Program-made: the position numbers and the translations under genes
Shown: one piece after another, positions 47,119 to 56,682 of the stretch
Layout: every line of letters begins with the position of its first letter
Position numbering within the stretch: position 1 is the first letter of the stretch
From: Bdellovibrionales bacterium
GTDB taxonomy: Bacteria > Bdellovibrionota > Bdellovibrionia > Bdellovibrionales > UBA1609
NCBI GenBank assembly: GCA_965203095.1
Contig: OZ241877.1
Coordinates: forward strand, 1,623,642-1,687,641
DNA length: 64,000 nt
Reading direction: 5' to 3'
The notes under the pieces: generated by a model
Database searches by the model: none
What the model was told of the DNA's origin: nothing
The model's input: the letters and a program-made list of their open reading frames with translations, nothing else

Positions 47119-47373
47119 TCATAAAGTTTTTTTATCTTGTTTATTCACTTGTTTATTCAAAAGGGTCTCATACAATCTGTCAAAACGATCGCTTAACCTT
47201 TCTATCTTCTTATTTGTGTCCCCTATGTGATTATCTAACTTTGCATTTATCTGGCTTATGTCTTTTGACACCCCATTCAGTTTAAAAAACATAACCCCCA
47301 TAAGAATAAGCAAAATCAATGAAAAGAGAACTCCTTGCTCTAAAAGTATAAAAAAGCTTGTGATTTTTTCCAT
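47119..47373 (-). CDS. small membrane-anchored coiled-coil protein (paralog of 38802-39068)
   Basis: MEKITSFFILLEQGVLFSLILLILMGVMFF, then KDISQINAKLDNHIGDTNKKIERLSDRFDRL. The track start 47421 is also possible. Confidence 0.5.
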   Translation of the reverse strand: MEKITSFFILLEQGVLFSLILLILMGVMFFKLNGVSKDISQINAKLDNHIGDTNKKIERLSDRFDRLYETLLNKQVNKQDKKTL

Positions 47374-47530
47374 AATAACAGCATAAGGCTTTAGTTTAAT
47401 ACCTGTCAAGGTTTTTTCCAAAAAAAAGTCCGATTTTGAGCAAAAAAACCCAGGAAATATGGAGGGGCCAGCAAAAAAAACTTCATGAGGTTTTGGGCAA
47501 AAACAGTTGTTTGCAGGTGATCAGTGAGTT

Positions 47531-48118
47531 TTATTTTGTGGGAGGGCCTAATAAAGGATAATTCCAATGGGACAATTGCTGAATCACGGAAATAAGAGGT
47601 AGGCCCTCAATAGAGTAAAAATCCTCTGTTTGTATTTTTTCAAACAGCTGGATACCTTTAGACTCTATGTGATAACTCCCCGCACTTTTTAAAGGTTTTT
47701 CGCTCAAAACATAGTTCTTGATCTGTTTTAAACTTAAGTGCCGCATGCTCAACCGGCTTTTAATTAAACGGGAAAAACTTTTTTGGCCCCAAAGTATGTA
47801 AAGCCCACTCAAAAGGCAGTGGGTTTTACCCTGTAGTTGTATTAAAGTCTCTATAGCCTTTTTTGTGGTGTGAGCTTTACCAAAGAGTTGCCCCTCATGC
47901 AAAACCATTTGATCGCAAGCAATAATGATTTCTTTTTCATAAAGTGTTTGGGCTTTAAGGGCTTTTTGCCGGGCAATTTCTATACAAGAGTTTTCTGGTT
48001 TTTTATGATTGAGGAACAGCTCTTCATCAATATTAGGGGCAAAACTTGTAAAAACAAAGCCGGCTTGGGCCAACAACCTTTTCCTGCTGGGGGATTGGCT
48101 GGCTAAAATGATTTTCAT
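47531..48118 (-). CDS. maf: Maf-like nucleoside triphosphate pyrophosphatase
   Basis: MKIILASQSPSRKRLL...DQMV...GSYHIES. Start taken at internal ATG 48118. Confidence 0.85.
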   Translation of the reverse strand: MKIILASQSPSRKRLLAQAGFVFTSFAPNIDEELFLNHKKPENSCIEIARQKALKAQTLYEKEIIIACDQMVLHEGQLFGKAHTTKKAIETLIQLQGKTHCLLSGLYILWGQKSFSRLIKSRLSMRHLSLKQIKNYVLSEKPLKSAGSYHIESKGIQLFEKIQTEDFYSIEGLPLISVIQQLSHWNYPLLGPPTK

Positions 48119-48446
48119 TGGATGAAGCCCTTCTTGCAAACACAATTTTACAGACAAATAAGCTTGTTTATATTATGAGAGCTTTTTTGTTGTCAAGGGC
48201 GGGAGGAGCTTATCCTGCCTTTGTTGTGGAAAGGTTTTTCCGACTTGTCCATCTTTTCCGCAAAGTTTTGTCTAAAAGAGTGATAAAGCAGGTTGTAAAG
48301 TTATGCAGGACAGGCATTTAAAAACACTTCCCGGCGAAAGGCCAGTTTTTTGAATCTATTGGATCTTTTCTATCCTCCTTTAAAAAAGGAAAGCTAAACT
48401 GAGCTTGTCAAAGGCAGTTCATTAAACTCACTCACAGAGGGCTAAA

Positions 48447-49151
48447 ATGTTTACAAAAAACAAGCCAGTTTTAATTACCTTTAATTTTATTTTATTACTA
48501 CTATTCAGTGCTTGTTCTTTACTTTCAGCTAAAAATAAGCAGAACAAAGCAAAAGATTTTCGTGAGCTATCTTCTTCCAGTCATCCATCAGTTTGCCATC
48601 AGAACAATTATAAAGAGTATATCTTCGATTTTGAAAAAACAGAGAACTTGATAAAGAGAACCCTTAGAGGTTGCAATTTGCAAAAGATCAATTTACAAGG
48701 GGCTTTTTTGCAAGGAGCTTTTTTGCAAAGGGCGAATTTAAAAGGGGCAGTTTTACAAAAGGCGAATTTGTATGGTGCCAACTTACAAAGGGCGGATTTA
48801 CGAGAAGCTTATCTTCAAGAGGCGAATCTGCAAGGGGCTTTTTTGCAAGGGGCAGTTTTGCAAAAGGCAAAGTTGGAATCAGCAAATTTACAATGGGCGG
48901 ATTTGCGAAAGGTGTATTTAAAAGAGGCCCAATTACAAAAAGCCAATCTGGAAGAAGCTGTTTTGCGAGAGGCTTATTTGCGATGGGCGGATTTTCAATC
49001 AGCAAATTTGCAAAAGGCAAATTTGCAAAAGGCGGATTTGCGAGATGCGAGTTTTCGAAAGGCGAATTTACAAAATGCATATTTAAAAGGGGTTATTTAT
49101 AATGATCAGACATCTTTCCCATTTAATTTTGACAAAAACAGATTGAAATAA
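48447..49151 (+). CDS. pentapeptide-repeat lipoprotein
   Basis: Lipobox LLFSAC, then about 30 consecutive A(N/D)L-type pentapeptides (ANLQGAFLQGAFLQRANLKGAVLQKANLYGANLQRADLREAYLQEANLQ...). Confidence 0.8.
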   Translation: MFTKNKPVLITFNFILLLLFSACSLLSAKNKQNKAKDFRELSSSSHPSVCHQNNYKEYIFDFEKTENLIKRTLRGCNLQKINLQGAFLQGAFLQRANLKGAVLQKANLYGANLQRADLREAYLQEANLQGAFLQGAVLQKAKLESANLQWADLRKVYLKEAQLQKANLEEAVLREAYLRWADFQSANLQKANLQKADLRDASFRKANLQNAYLKGVIYNDQTSFPFNFDKNRLK

Positions 49152-49152
49152 A

Positions 49153-49309
49153 TAGTTGTCCGTGAAAAACCTTTGTTTTTTAACTTTTTTTGTCCAAAGG
49201 ACCATTCCATTTCGGGACGGCAATACCTTGGACCCTCATGGAATGGCCTTTGGACAAAATCAGGAAAAAGAAGATGAGGCTTTTTGTCCAGCTTTTTCAC
49301 GGACGACTA
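49153..49309. repeat. MITE-like hairpin repeat, copy E2 (inverted relative to E1)
   Basis: TAGTTGTCCGTGAAAAAC ... GCTTTTTCACGGACGACTA. Apical TTTCGGGACGGCAATACCTTGGACCCTCA is the reverse complement of the E1 core. Confidence 0.8.
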
Positions 49310-49587
49310 AATAGTCTAAAACTGTATTCCCGTTATGAATCTTTAACTCATGTTCATTTAAAATGTTCATTTAAATCTGCTGTTAATTTTTTGAACAGTT
49401 TTTTTAAGCTTGTGTCAAAACCCTTAGTTGTTTGGCCTCTCAGTTCCTGTTTTTATTGAGAAAAAATCAAAAATCCCTTATTTATATACTTGTCGGCAAA
49501 GGCATTTTTGAAAAACTTAAAATGGTTTTTTAAATTTGTCTAAAACTTGAAAACAGGTTTGTTAAACAAAATAAAAAGGAGGTTAAA

Positions 49588-50532
49588 ATGATTTTTTTGC
49601 AAGCCGGACAAAACCAAATGGATTTGGGTGATCATTTTGAGGATGTGGAAAAAGCACCGGGATCCGTTTTTATAGCCAAGTCACCGGCTATGAGGTCCAT
49701 TTATAGGAAAATAGAAGAGATAGCCAGTTCCTCTACTCCTGTTCTTATTTTAGGAGCTGATGGGACAGGCCGGAGCACAACAGCCCATGAGATCTTTAAT
49801 AAAGATATCGAGTCCCATTCATTTAAAAAGCTGTCCTGCCATAAGTTGGACAAAAGCTGTATTGATGAAAAGTTATTTGGTTCTGAATTTTCAAAAGGTC
49901 TTTTGGACTTTGATCGAGGACATACTCTATTTATAAAAGGCTTGGACTGTTGGTCTCCCATTTTGCAGAAACGGTTTTTATCCTGGCTTTTAAACCAAAG
50001 TCAAAAAGGCCCTCGTTTGATTTTTTCTGCTAAAGAGGATCTATTTGAGGATGTTCAGTCGGGCCGTTTTTCCAGGGAGCTGTTTGGAGTTTTAAGTCAA
50101 AGCCTTTTGGCTCTCCCTTTGCTTTCTGAAAGGACAGAAGGGATTCCCCTATTTATCTCTTTGTTTAACCGGCAAAATGACTTTAAAGGTCGCCTCAGCT
50201 CAAAGGCTTTGCAGGCCATGAAGTTTTATCCTTATGGAGGGAATATTAAAGAGCTGAGTCATATTTGCTTACAAATGGCTGTTTCATATATGGATAAAGA
50301 AATCATTACAGAGGAGGATTTAGCTATGATTCATAAAAAAATAGAAAAACCAGTAGAGGGCAAGCATATCAAATACAACCCTCATCTGTCTTTAGAGCAG
50401 ATGGTCAACAGTTATATACAAATGTCTTTAAATCACTTTCAATCAAAAAAGAAAAGTGCTGAGGCTTTGGGCATTTCTGTAAAAACCATTTACAATAAAA
50501 TAAAGACAGGTGTTATAGTTTGCTCTGAGTGA
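49588..50532 (+). CDS. degenerate sigma54-activator-like AAA+ protein with Fis-type HTH (no receiver, no GAFTGA, Walker motifs degraded)
   Basis: Aligns by eye to the NtrC central domain: IAKSPAMRSIYRKIEEIA, VLILGADGTGRS (expected GxxGxGK), KLFGSE..FSKG (GAFTGA absent), GHTLFIKGLD (expected LFLDE), YGGNIKEL (expected WPGNVREL). C-terminal SAEALGISVKTIYNKIK. Confidence 0.65.
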   Translation: MIFLQAGQNQMDLGDHFEDVEKAPGSVFIAKSPAMRSIYRKIEEIASSSTPVLILGADGTGRSTTAHEIFNKDIESHSFKKLSCHKLDKSCIDEKLFGSEFSKGLLDFDRGHTLFIKGLDCWSPILQKRFLSWLLNQSQKGPRLIFSAKEDLFEDVQSGRFSRELFGVLSQSLLALPLLSERTEGIPLFISLFNRQNDFKGRLSSKALQAMKFYPYGGNIKELSHICLQMAVSYMDKEIITEEDLAMIHKKIEKPVEGKHIKYNPHLSLEQMVNSYIQMSLNHFQSKKKSAEALGISVKTIYNKIKTGVIVCSE

Positions 50533-50571
50533 TATAATGATCAGTTTTTTACGCTCAACAAATCTATTTGT

Positions 50572-50634
50572 TAGTGGCCCGTGAAAAACCTTATCCAAAA
50601 GCCGGGAGCTTTTGGATAAATTTACGGGAGATTA
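50572..50634. repeat. short MITE-family member (termini plus a single internal hairpin)
   Basis: TAGTGGCCCGTGAAAAAC-CTTATCCAAAAGC-CGGG-AGCTTTTGGATAA-ATTTACGGGAGATTA. Confidence 0.55.
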
Positions 50635-50686
50635 TCTCAATCTGCAAATACATATAGCGAAAGAGAGAGGTTTTTTAAGATGAGAG

Positions 50687-51106
50687 CTAAAATAAACCCT
50701 CATCGTCCCCTTCTTCATCATCTAAATCTTCAAGACTGTCAAAAGGATCTTCAAAACTCATGTCCCCTTCCTCCTCATCATCTTCATTGGGAGGGTAGTC
50801 ATTGTCTTTAAAAGATTCGAAACGGCCTTCTTCTTCATCATCCTCAAAATCTTGCTCTTCGTCTTCAAAGCCCTCATATTGCTCTTTATCTTCTGAAAAA
50901 TTTTTATCAAAAGCTTTTGGACTGGTGTCAGACAGGCCATGAGATAATAAGTTCTGTCTCATTTTTGTTTTTTTGGCCTTTGCTTTTTTAGAGCTTTTTT
51001 TCTTATAGCTGGGCTTTTTTTTAGCTGTTGCTTTTTTAGAGCTTTTTTTTGGTAAAGGTTTAATGTTTTTTCTTTTTTTAACTGGTTTTTTAACGGTTTT
51101 TTTCAT
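50687..51106 (-). CDS. bipolar charged protein: Lys-rich histone-H1-like N-terminus, Asp/Glu-rich C-terminus
   Basis: MKKTVKKPVKKRKNIKPLPKKSSKKATAKKKPSYKKKSSKKAKAKKTK ... DDEEEGRFESFKDNDYPPNEDDEEEGDMSFEDPFDSLEDLDDEEGDDEGLF. Confidence 0.55.
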   Translation of the reverse strand: MKKTVKKPVKKRKNIKPLPKKSSKKATAKKKPSYKKKSSKKAKAKKTKMRQNLLSHGLSDTSPKAFDKNFSEDKEQYEGFEDEEQDFEDDEEEGRFESFKDNDYPPNEDDEEEGDMSFEDPFDSLEDLDDEEGDDEGLF

Positions 51107-51136
51107 TTAGGAAACTCCTTACTTTTGGCCCTCAAT

Positions 51137-51271
51137 CAGCCTCCCGTGAAAAAGCTCTGTAATTTCACAGCAAAGCAAAAACTCTGCGGTGAGTATCCAA
51201 AGTGCTCTGCCCCGCACAAGCAGAGCTTTTACTTATGCGATCTCTAAAGACAGACTTTTCACAGGCCACTA
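51137..51271. repeat. MITE-like hairpin repeat, copy E5 (divergent interior)
   Basis: CAGCCTCCCGTGAAAAAG ... CTTTTCACAGGCCACTA. Internal ...TTATGCGATC as in E3/E4. Confidence 0.6.
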
Positions 51272-51442
51272 ACATTAGAGCCTTGTTTTAAAAAATGAAC
51301 CAATACCCAGCTCAAAATGCCGGGCAACAGGCTTATTTTTTTGCCCCTGCTAAAAGCTGTCAAGACTATTTTTCAAAAAAAATGTTTAAGTTTAAAAAAA
51401 GGCCAGGTTGACAAAAAAAGCAAAGCTCCACACATTAAATAT

Positions 51443-54025
51443 ATGAGAAAATTACTGGAAAAAATGACACAAAAAAGCAAAGAGGCTTTTCAGGAGGCGG
51501 TTTTAGAGGCTCAAAAAAATCAAAATCCCAGTATAGAGCCGATTCATTTCATTTTAGAGATTTTACGCCAAAAAGAGGCTTTGGCCTCTCAAATAGTGGA
51601 GCTTTCGCCTCTCAGCAGGGCCGAGTTGATAAAAGATTTGGAGCAAGAAGTCCGTCATCTTCCCAAAGTCAGTGGTTCTTCCTCCCCTCCCTACCCCTCC
51701 AATGAACTGATCCGGCTTTTGTCCGATTCGGAAAAAGAGGCCGAAAAACAAGGGGATATTTATATTTCCACAGAGCATTTTGTGTTGGCTTTTTTGTCTT
51801 CTTCGCAAAGAGTGGCTAAAAAAATAGCCGAAAGGCAGAATTGGGATCGCCAGGCCTTTTTAACAGCAATTAAAAAGCTCAAAGGGGGTAAAAAAGTTCA
51901 GTCGGCCCATCCGGAAGATCAAATCAATGTTTTAGATAAATACACACGCGATCTCACTCAACTGGCGGAACAAGGCCAGTTGGACCCTGTAATAGGTAGG
52001 GACAGCGAGATCCGCCGGCTGATACAGGTTTTGTCTCGTAGAACAAAAAATAACCCTGTGCTTATTGGAGAGCCAGGGGTGGGAAAAACCGCCATTGCTG
52101 AAGGTTTGGCCCTCCGCATTTTAAAAAAAGATGTTCCGGAAGCTCTTTTTGGCAAGAAGGTTCTGGCTTTAGATTTGGCTGTAATGATTGCCGGGACTAA
52201 ATATCGAGGGGAATTTGAAAATCGTATGAAGGCTTTAATCTCTGAGCTGAAAGCCAGTGAAGGGAGGATTTTTTTATTTATAGATGAGTTGCACACTTTG
52301 GTTGGAGCGGGGAAAACCGATGGGGCCATGGATGCCGGACAGATGCTGAAGCCGGCTTTGGCACGAGGGGAGTTAAGGGCTATTGGTGCCACCACTTTAG
52401 ATGAATACAGAAAGTTTATTGAGAAGGATAAAGCCTTAGAAAGACGCTTTCAAATTGTTTTTGTTAAAGAACCGGGGGTGGCGGACTCTCTGACTATACT
52501 CCGTGGGCTGAAGGAAAAGTATGAAGCTCATCACGGGGTTCGCATTAAGGATTCGGCCCTTTTATCAGCGGTCAAATTGTCCCATCGCTACATTTCTGAT
52601 CGCTTTTTGCCGGACAAGGCTATTGACTTGATAGATGAGGCCGCCAGCCGGTTGAACATTGAAATTCACAGTGTTCCCGCCGTTATTGACGAAAATCAAA
52701 GGAAGATCATTCATCTTCAGGTGGAAAAAAAGGCTCTGCTTAAGGAAAAAGGCCCGGCGGAGAAAAAACGATGTTTAGAAATTGAAAAAATTTTAAAAGA
52801 CTTGAAGGAACAAACAAAAACATTAAAAACTCAGTTAGAAAAAGAAAAAGGATCTATTTTAAAACTTCGTTCCCTCAAAAGGGAAACGGAATTGATTAAA
52901 CAGGATATTGAGCGATCGGAACGGGAAGGGGCTTTAGACAAAGCCGCTGAGTTAAAATATGGCCGACTTCCCCAAATAAAAAAAGAGCTTTCTGCCCTGG
53001 AAGAAAAAGCACGAGATAATTCTTCTCATTCACTTTTGAAGGAAGAAGTGGGGCCGGAGGAGATTGCTGAAGTGGTTTCTCAATGGACAGGCATTCCCTT
53101 AAAAAAAGTTTTGCAAAAGGAAGTGGAAAAACTGCTTTCTATGGAAAAACTTTTGAGGAAAAGAGTTTTAGGGCAGGATCAGGCTCTGTCTCTTGTAAGT
53201 GATTCGATCCGCCGGGCTCGAGCTGAGCTTTCTGATCCGGAAAGCCCTTTGGGCAGTTTTATCTTTTTAGGTCCTACAGGTGTGGGCAAAACGGAGACAG
53301 CGAAAGCTTTAGCAGAATTTCTTTTTGATACAGAAAAAGCTCTCATTCGCTTAGATATGAGCGAGTATATGGAAAAGCACAGCGTGTCTCGCTTGGTAGG
53401 GGCACCGCCAGGCTATGTGGGTTTTGAAGAGGGAGGGCAACTTACGGAAAGGGTCCGGCGACAACCCTATAGCATTATTCTTCTTGATGAGATAGAGAAG
53501 GCCCATCCCGATGTTTTCAATATTCTCTTGCAGGTTTTAGATGATGGTCGGCTAACAGACGGGCAGGGGAGAGCTGTGGATTTTAAGAGCACGGCTTTAA
53601 TTATGACCAGCAATTTAGGTTCTGATATTTTGTCTGATGAAAGCTTAAAAGAGGATGAAAAACAAACAAAAATCATGGATGTTTTAAAAAAACATTTTCG
53701 CCCTGAGTTTTTAAACCGCATAGATGAAGTGGTTATTTATAACTCTTTAGATAAGGAGCAAATTGAACAGATTGTTAAAATTCATATTCAAAGGGCAGAA
53801 GATCGCTTAACAGAGGGGGGAAAGCTGGACTTAGATTCAAAAGCACTTTCTTTTTTATCTAAAAAAGCTTTTGATCCGGTTTATGGTGCTCGCCCTGTTA
53901 AGCGAGCCATTCAAAGGGAGTTGTTAAACCCCTTGGCCCAAAAGCTGTTAAAAGCTGAGATTTCAAAAAAATCCAAAATAAAGGTCACAGCCAATGATTT
54001 GAGGTTGGAATTTAAAAATAACTGA
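51443..54025 (+). CDS. clpB: ATP-dependent chaperone/disaggregase ClpB
   Basis: Two AAA+ modules (GEPGVGKTAI, GPTGVGKTET), a long coiled-coil M domain and a Clp_N start. ATG 51443 or 51464; the 42-49 aa upstream in the track ORF are not ClpB-like. Confidence 0.95.
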   Translation: MRKLLEKMTQKSKEAFQEAVLEAQKNQNPSIEPIHFILEILRQKEALASQIVELSPLSRAELIKDLEQEVRHLPKVSGSSSPPYPSNELIRLLSDSEKEAEKQGDIYISTEHFVLAFLSSSQRVAKKIAERQNWDRQAFLTAIKKLKGGKKVQSAHPEDQINVLDKYTRDLTQLAEQGQLDPVIGRDSEIRRLIQVLSRRTKNNPVLIGEPGVGKTAIAEGLALRILKKDVPEALFGKKVLALDLAVMIAGTKYRGEFENRMKALISELKASEGRIFLFIDELHTLVGAGKTDGAMDAGQMLKPALARGELRAIGATTLDEYRKFIEKDKALERRFQIVFVKEPGVADSLTILRGLKEKYEAHHGVRIKDSALLSAVKLSHRYISDRFLPDKAIDLIDEAASRLNIEIHSVPAVIDENQRKIIHLQVEKKALLKEKGPAEKKRCLEIEKILKDLKEQTKTLKTQLEKEKGSILKLRSLKRETELIKQDIERSEREGALDKAAELKYGRLPQIKKELSALEEKARDNSSHSLLKEEVGPEEIAEVVSQWTGIPLKKVLQKEVEKLLSMEKLLRKRVLGQDQALSLVSDSIRRARAELSDPESPLGSFIFLGPTGVGKTETAKALAEFLFDTEKALIRLDMSEYMEKHSVSRLVGAPPGYVGFEEGGQLTERVRRQPYSIILLDEIEKAHPDVFNILLQVLDDGRLTDGQGRAVDFKSTALIMTSNLGSDILSDESLKEDEKQTKIMDVLKKHFRPEFLNRIDEVVIYNSLDKEQIEQIVKIHIQRAEDRLTEGGKLDLDSKALSFLSKKAFDPVYGARPVKRAIQRELLNPLAQKLLKAEISKKSKIKVTANDLRLEFKNN

Positions 54026-54036
54026 AGATTTACGCA

Positions 54037-54630
54037 ATGACAAAAAAAGGTTTTTTTGTGACAGGAACAGGCACAGGGGTGGGGAAAACTCTCGTCTCCC
54101 TGGGGCTTTGCCTACATTTTAAAGCGGATTATTGGAAGCCTGTTCAAACAGGTCAGCCCAGTGATGTGAGTTTTATCCAAAAATTTTTACCAAAATCTCA
54201 AATTCACCGCAGTTCAGAAAGTTTTAAAGCCCCTCTCTCCCCCAATCAATCCGCAGAGGAAGAGGGCCGGAAAATAGATTTAAAAAATATTATTGTTCCT
54301 AAAAGCTCTTTTTTAATTGTTGAGGGGATTGGCGGGGTTTATGTTCCTTTAAATAAAAAGGAAAACCTTATGGATCTGATGCAAAAAATTTCTCTACCTT
54401 TAATTGTTGTGGCTCATAGCGGGATAGGAACTCTCAATCACAGCTTACTCACATTGTCAGTTTTACAAAAAAGACAGCTTGAAGTTGCGGGGGTGATTTT
54501 GTCCGGCCCAAAAAACAAAAAAAACAAAAGGGATATAGAACATTATGGGCAAGTTCCCGTGATTTTAGAAGTCCCCCCTTTGCCTCAAATTACAAAAGCC
54601 AAGCTTAAGGCATTGTTTAGTCGCCTGTAA
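54037..54630 (+). CDS. bioD: dethiobiotin synthase
   Basis: FFVTGTGTGVGKT P-loop, VEGIGGVYVPL, about 200 aa. Confidence 0.8.
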   Translation: MTKKGFFVTGTGTGVGKTLVSLGLCLHFKADYWKPVQTGQPSDVSFIQKFLPKSQIHRSSESFKAPLSPNQSAEEEGRKIDLKNIIVPKSSFLIVEGIGGVYVPLNKKENLMDLMQKISLPLIVVAHSGIGTLNHSLLTLSVLQKRQLEVAGVILSGPKNKKNKRDIEHYGQVPVILEVPPLPQITKAKLKALFSRL

Positions 54631-54653
54631 AAAATGATTCTGTCAGCGAAATA

Positions 54654-54824
54654 ATGAACATTTACAGGGCTGACTTGAGATGGGCACGATTGAGGGGGAC
54701 AGACTTGAGAGGGGCTATTTTAAAAAAAGCAGACTTGGCATGGGCTATTATAGACTCAAAATATCGTGACATGATTATGGCCAGCAGAGCATTGAACACA
54801 GACAAGATTAACTGGGTGGATTAA
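54654..54824 (+). pseudogene. C-terminal fragment of a pentapeptide-repeat gene (56 codons)
   Basis: MNIYRADLRWARLRGTDLRGAILKKADLAWAIIDSKYRDMIMASRALNTDKINWVD*. The last ~90 nt are near-identical to 57127-57216. Too short for the track. Confidence 0.5.
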
Positions 54825-54858
54825 GCTCTGCCCTTTTTGTGAAAAATTTACAATAGAC

Positions 54859-54886
54859 TTTATTTTCCCGGACAATCCTGCTATAA
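54859..54886 (+). promoter_or_regulatory. promoter box of the shared PRP promoter/signal-peptide cassette
   Basis: TTTATTTT-CCCGGACAATC-CTGCTATAA, 10 nt before ATG 54897. The cassette 54825-54950 is near-identical to 56646-56770. Confidence 0.35.
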
Positions 54887-54896
54887 ACCCTACACA

Positions 54897-55172
54897 ATGA
54901 AAATACTATTAAGCCTTATCCTTTTAATGCACTTGCCGACTTTTGCTAATAACTGCCATGATGCTTTTGATCCTGAAACTGAAAAACAGGCAGAATGGAA
55001 CGAAAAAGAATTTAAGAGAGGATATTGGGCTGGAGTTAAGAAGACATTGGGAGAGGCAATAATACTTGGAGCGATATGGGGGGGGAGTAGGGTATTTAAT
55101 AGGGACAGAGCTACACGATTTTACTTGGGACGCCTTAAAACCAGAAAGCCTAAAACAGGAAAGGCTACATAA
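54897..55172 (+). CDS. small secreted/membrane protein with PRP-family signal peptide fused to an unrelated body
   Basis: MKILLSLILLMHLPTFAN is almost identical to the N-terminus of the 56719 protein. The remainder has no pentapeptide repeats and one hydrophobic segment, AIILGAIWGG. Confidence 0.5.
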   Translation: MKILLSLILLMHLPTFANNCHDAFDPETEKQAEWNEKEFKRGYWAGVKKTLGEAIILGAIWGGSRVFNRDRATRFYLGRLKTRKPKTGKAT

Positions 55173-55352
55173 AGATTAACTGGATAGAATAAGCCTCAGA
55201 ACCCTCTATTTTTCTCTCTAATCTCTATCTATATCCAAAGCCTCAGCTATCAAATAAGTCTCAAAAAATTCAGGTTAAAAGACAAAGCCAAAGAGCTTTT
55301 TAAAAGCTTTTAGGGAAAGAACTCTTGTTTTCACGAAGTCCAGCTGTTCTGG

Positions 55353-55372
55353 ATTCCTGCTGTCACAGGAAC
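55353..55372. repeat. ATTCC-N-GGAA palindrome copy
   Basis: ATTCCTGC-TGTC-ACAGGAAC, preceded by the MITE terminus GTTTTCACGAAG (55328-55339). Confidence 0.6.
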
Positions 55373-55454
55373 AACGGTTTCCTGTGTCTAAGAAGCTTTT
55401 TAAACAAGCCCATCTCTAAAGTGACAAAACACGGACAAACAAACTAAAAAAGAA

Positions 55455-56426
55455 TCAAGAACCGTTTTTAAGCTTTTTGATCTCTCGAACAGGTAGGCCC
55501 GTCACTTTAGAGATGACAGCCAAATCCAGCTTTTCTCTCAACATATTCCGGATAACTTCCTCCCGTCCCTCTTGCCGACCTTCTTGCCGACCTTCCTGTC
55601 GTCCTTCCCAGCGACCTTCCAGCCGAATTTCCTCTTTTATGTCCATATAGCCTCCTTTCTTTAATAAAGCCTTCTTAATAGCCTCTTCCTCCAACTTGTT
55701 CCAAAGCTTAATATTTACCCCCGCCGACCTCAAATACTTGGCCACAGCCAATATCCACTCATCACGCTTAAAAACCCTAAAAAAAGCAAATAATACCTCC
55801 CGCAACTCCCGCTCATTATCCTTTAAAAACCACACACGGTCCAACAACTGTAAAACCCGACCCGTCTTAAAACTCCGATCATCAAAAACCCTCTGAACCC
55901 TCCTATCCCCTGTATTCAATAACCTCAAACCATAATTTAACATGTTTTTTCTAAAAGATCGAGGAATTTTTAAAAAAAACTCTCCTAAAACAACCTCCTG
56001 AAAAGACAACTTCCAACTCCAAGGGACTTTTCCGTGATAAAACAAAACAGGAATTACCACTATCCTCTGTTGGGACTGCTCATAAAGCTTTGTCTGATAC
56101 CTTAAAACCTGCTTAAAGAGATTTTTGTCATATTTGGACTTGTGCTCAAACAGGACGACTATCCTGATCTGGCTTTTAGGAAAGTTTTTTAGGGGAAAAG
56201 ACAAAACCAAGTCCATCTGCTTATCTTTAAAAAGGCTTTTTTCTACTTTGAGTTTTGATAGATTACAGGCTTTTAACTCCTCTTTAGACAATATCAATCT
56301 CACAATCTCCTCAGCAAATTGAGGCTGAGAATAGAATCTTTTAAAAAATTTGTCGTGATGATTTCCGGGCTTTAATACCGAAAATTCCCCAAGTTCTTTT
56401 TTAGTTTTTTGAGTTTTGATTTTCAT
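55455..56426 (-). CDS. Rpn-family recombination-promoting nuclease / PD-(D/E)XK putative transposase
   Basis: N-terminal GNHHDKFFKRFYSQPQFAEEIVRLIL is characteristic of the Rpn/transposase_31 family. C-terminal EGRWEGRQEGRQEGRQEGREE is encoded by five 12-nt tandem units (55567-55626). Confidence 0.75.
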   Translation of the reverse strand: MKIKTQKTKKELGEFSVLKPGNHHDKFFKRFYSQPQFAEEIVRLILSKEELKACNLSKLKVEKSLFKDKQMDLVLSFPLKNFPKSQIRIVVLFEHKSKYDKNLFKQVLRYQTKLYEQSQQRIVVIPVLFYHGKVPWSWKLSFQEVVLGEFFLKIPRSFRKNMLNYGLRLLNTGDRRVQRVFDDRSFKTGRVLQLLDRVWFLKDNERELREVLFAFFRVFKRDEWILAVAKYLRSAGVNIKLWNKLEEEAIKKALLKKGGYMDIKEEIRLEGRWEGRQEGRQEGRQEGREEVIRNMLREKLDLAVISKVTGLPVREIKKLKNGS

Positions 56427-56553
56427 TGGTATATTCTCCTTATTAGTTGGTGTTTAACTTACTGAGAATCCAAAAAAATAGTATAAAGTGCTTTTTATGG
56501 AAAAGCAAGCTATGGCTTAAAGAAATTGAAGAATAATGCAATCTTTTTAACAA

Positions 56554-56625
56554 GGCTTTTCACAGGCGATTAAGTCGCTCGTGAAAAAGCTCTGTCCGTT
56601 ATCGCATAAGCAAAAGACCAGCTTA
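56554..56625. repeat. abutted MITE termini (right-type end directly followed by left-type end)
   Basis: GGCTTTTCACAGGCGATTA|AGTCGCTCGTGAAAAAG, then ...TTATCGCATAAGCAAAAGACC. Confidence 0.6.
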
Positions 56626-56682
56626 AAAGACAAAGCCTCACAATAAAGCTCTGCCCTTTTGTGTGAAAAATTTACAAAAGAC

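Noticed and set aside
51317-51442. N-terminal extension of the clpB track ORF
   Set aside because: The first 42-49 residues have no ClpB similarity and cover a promoter-like TTGACA. Internal ATGs at 51443 or 51464 fit Clp_N homology.
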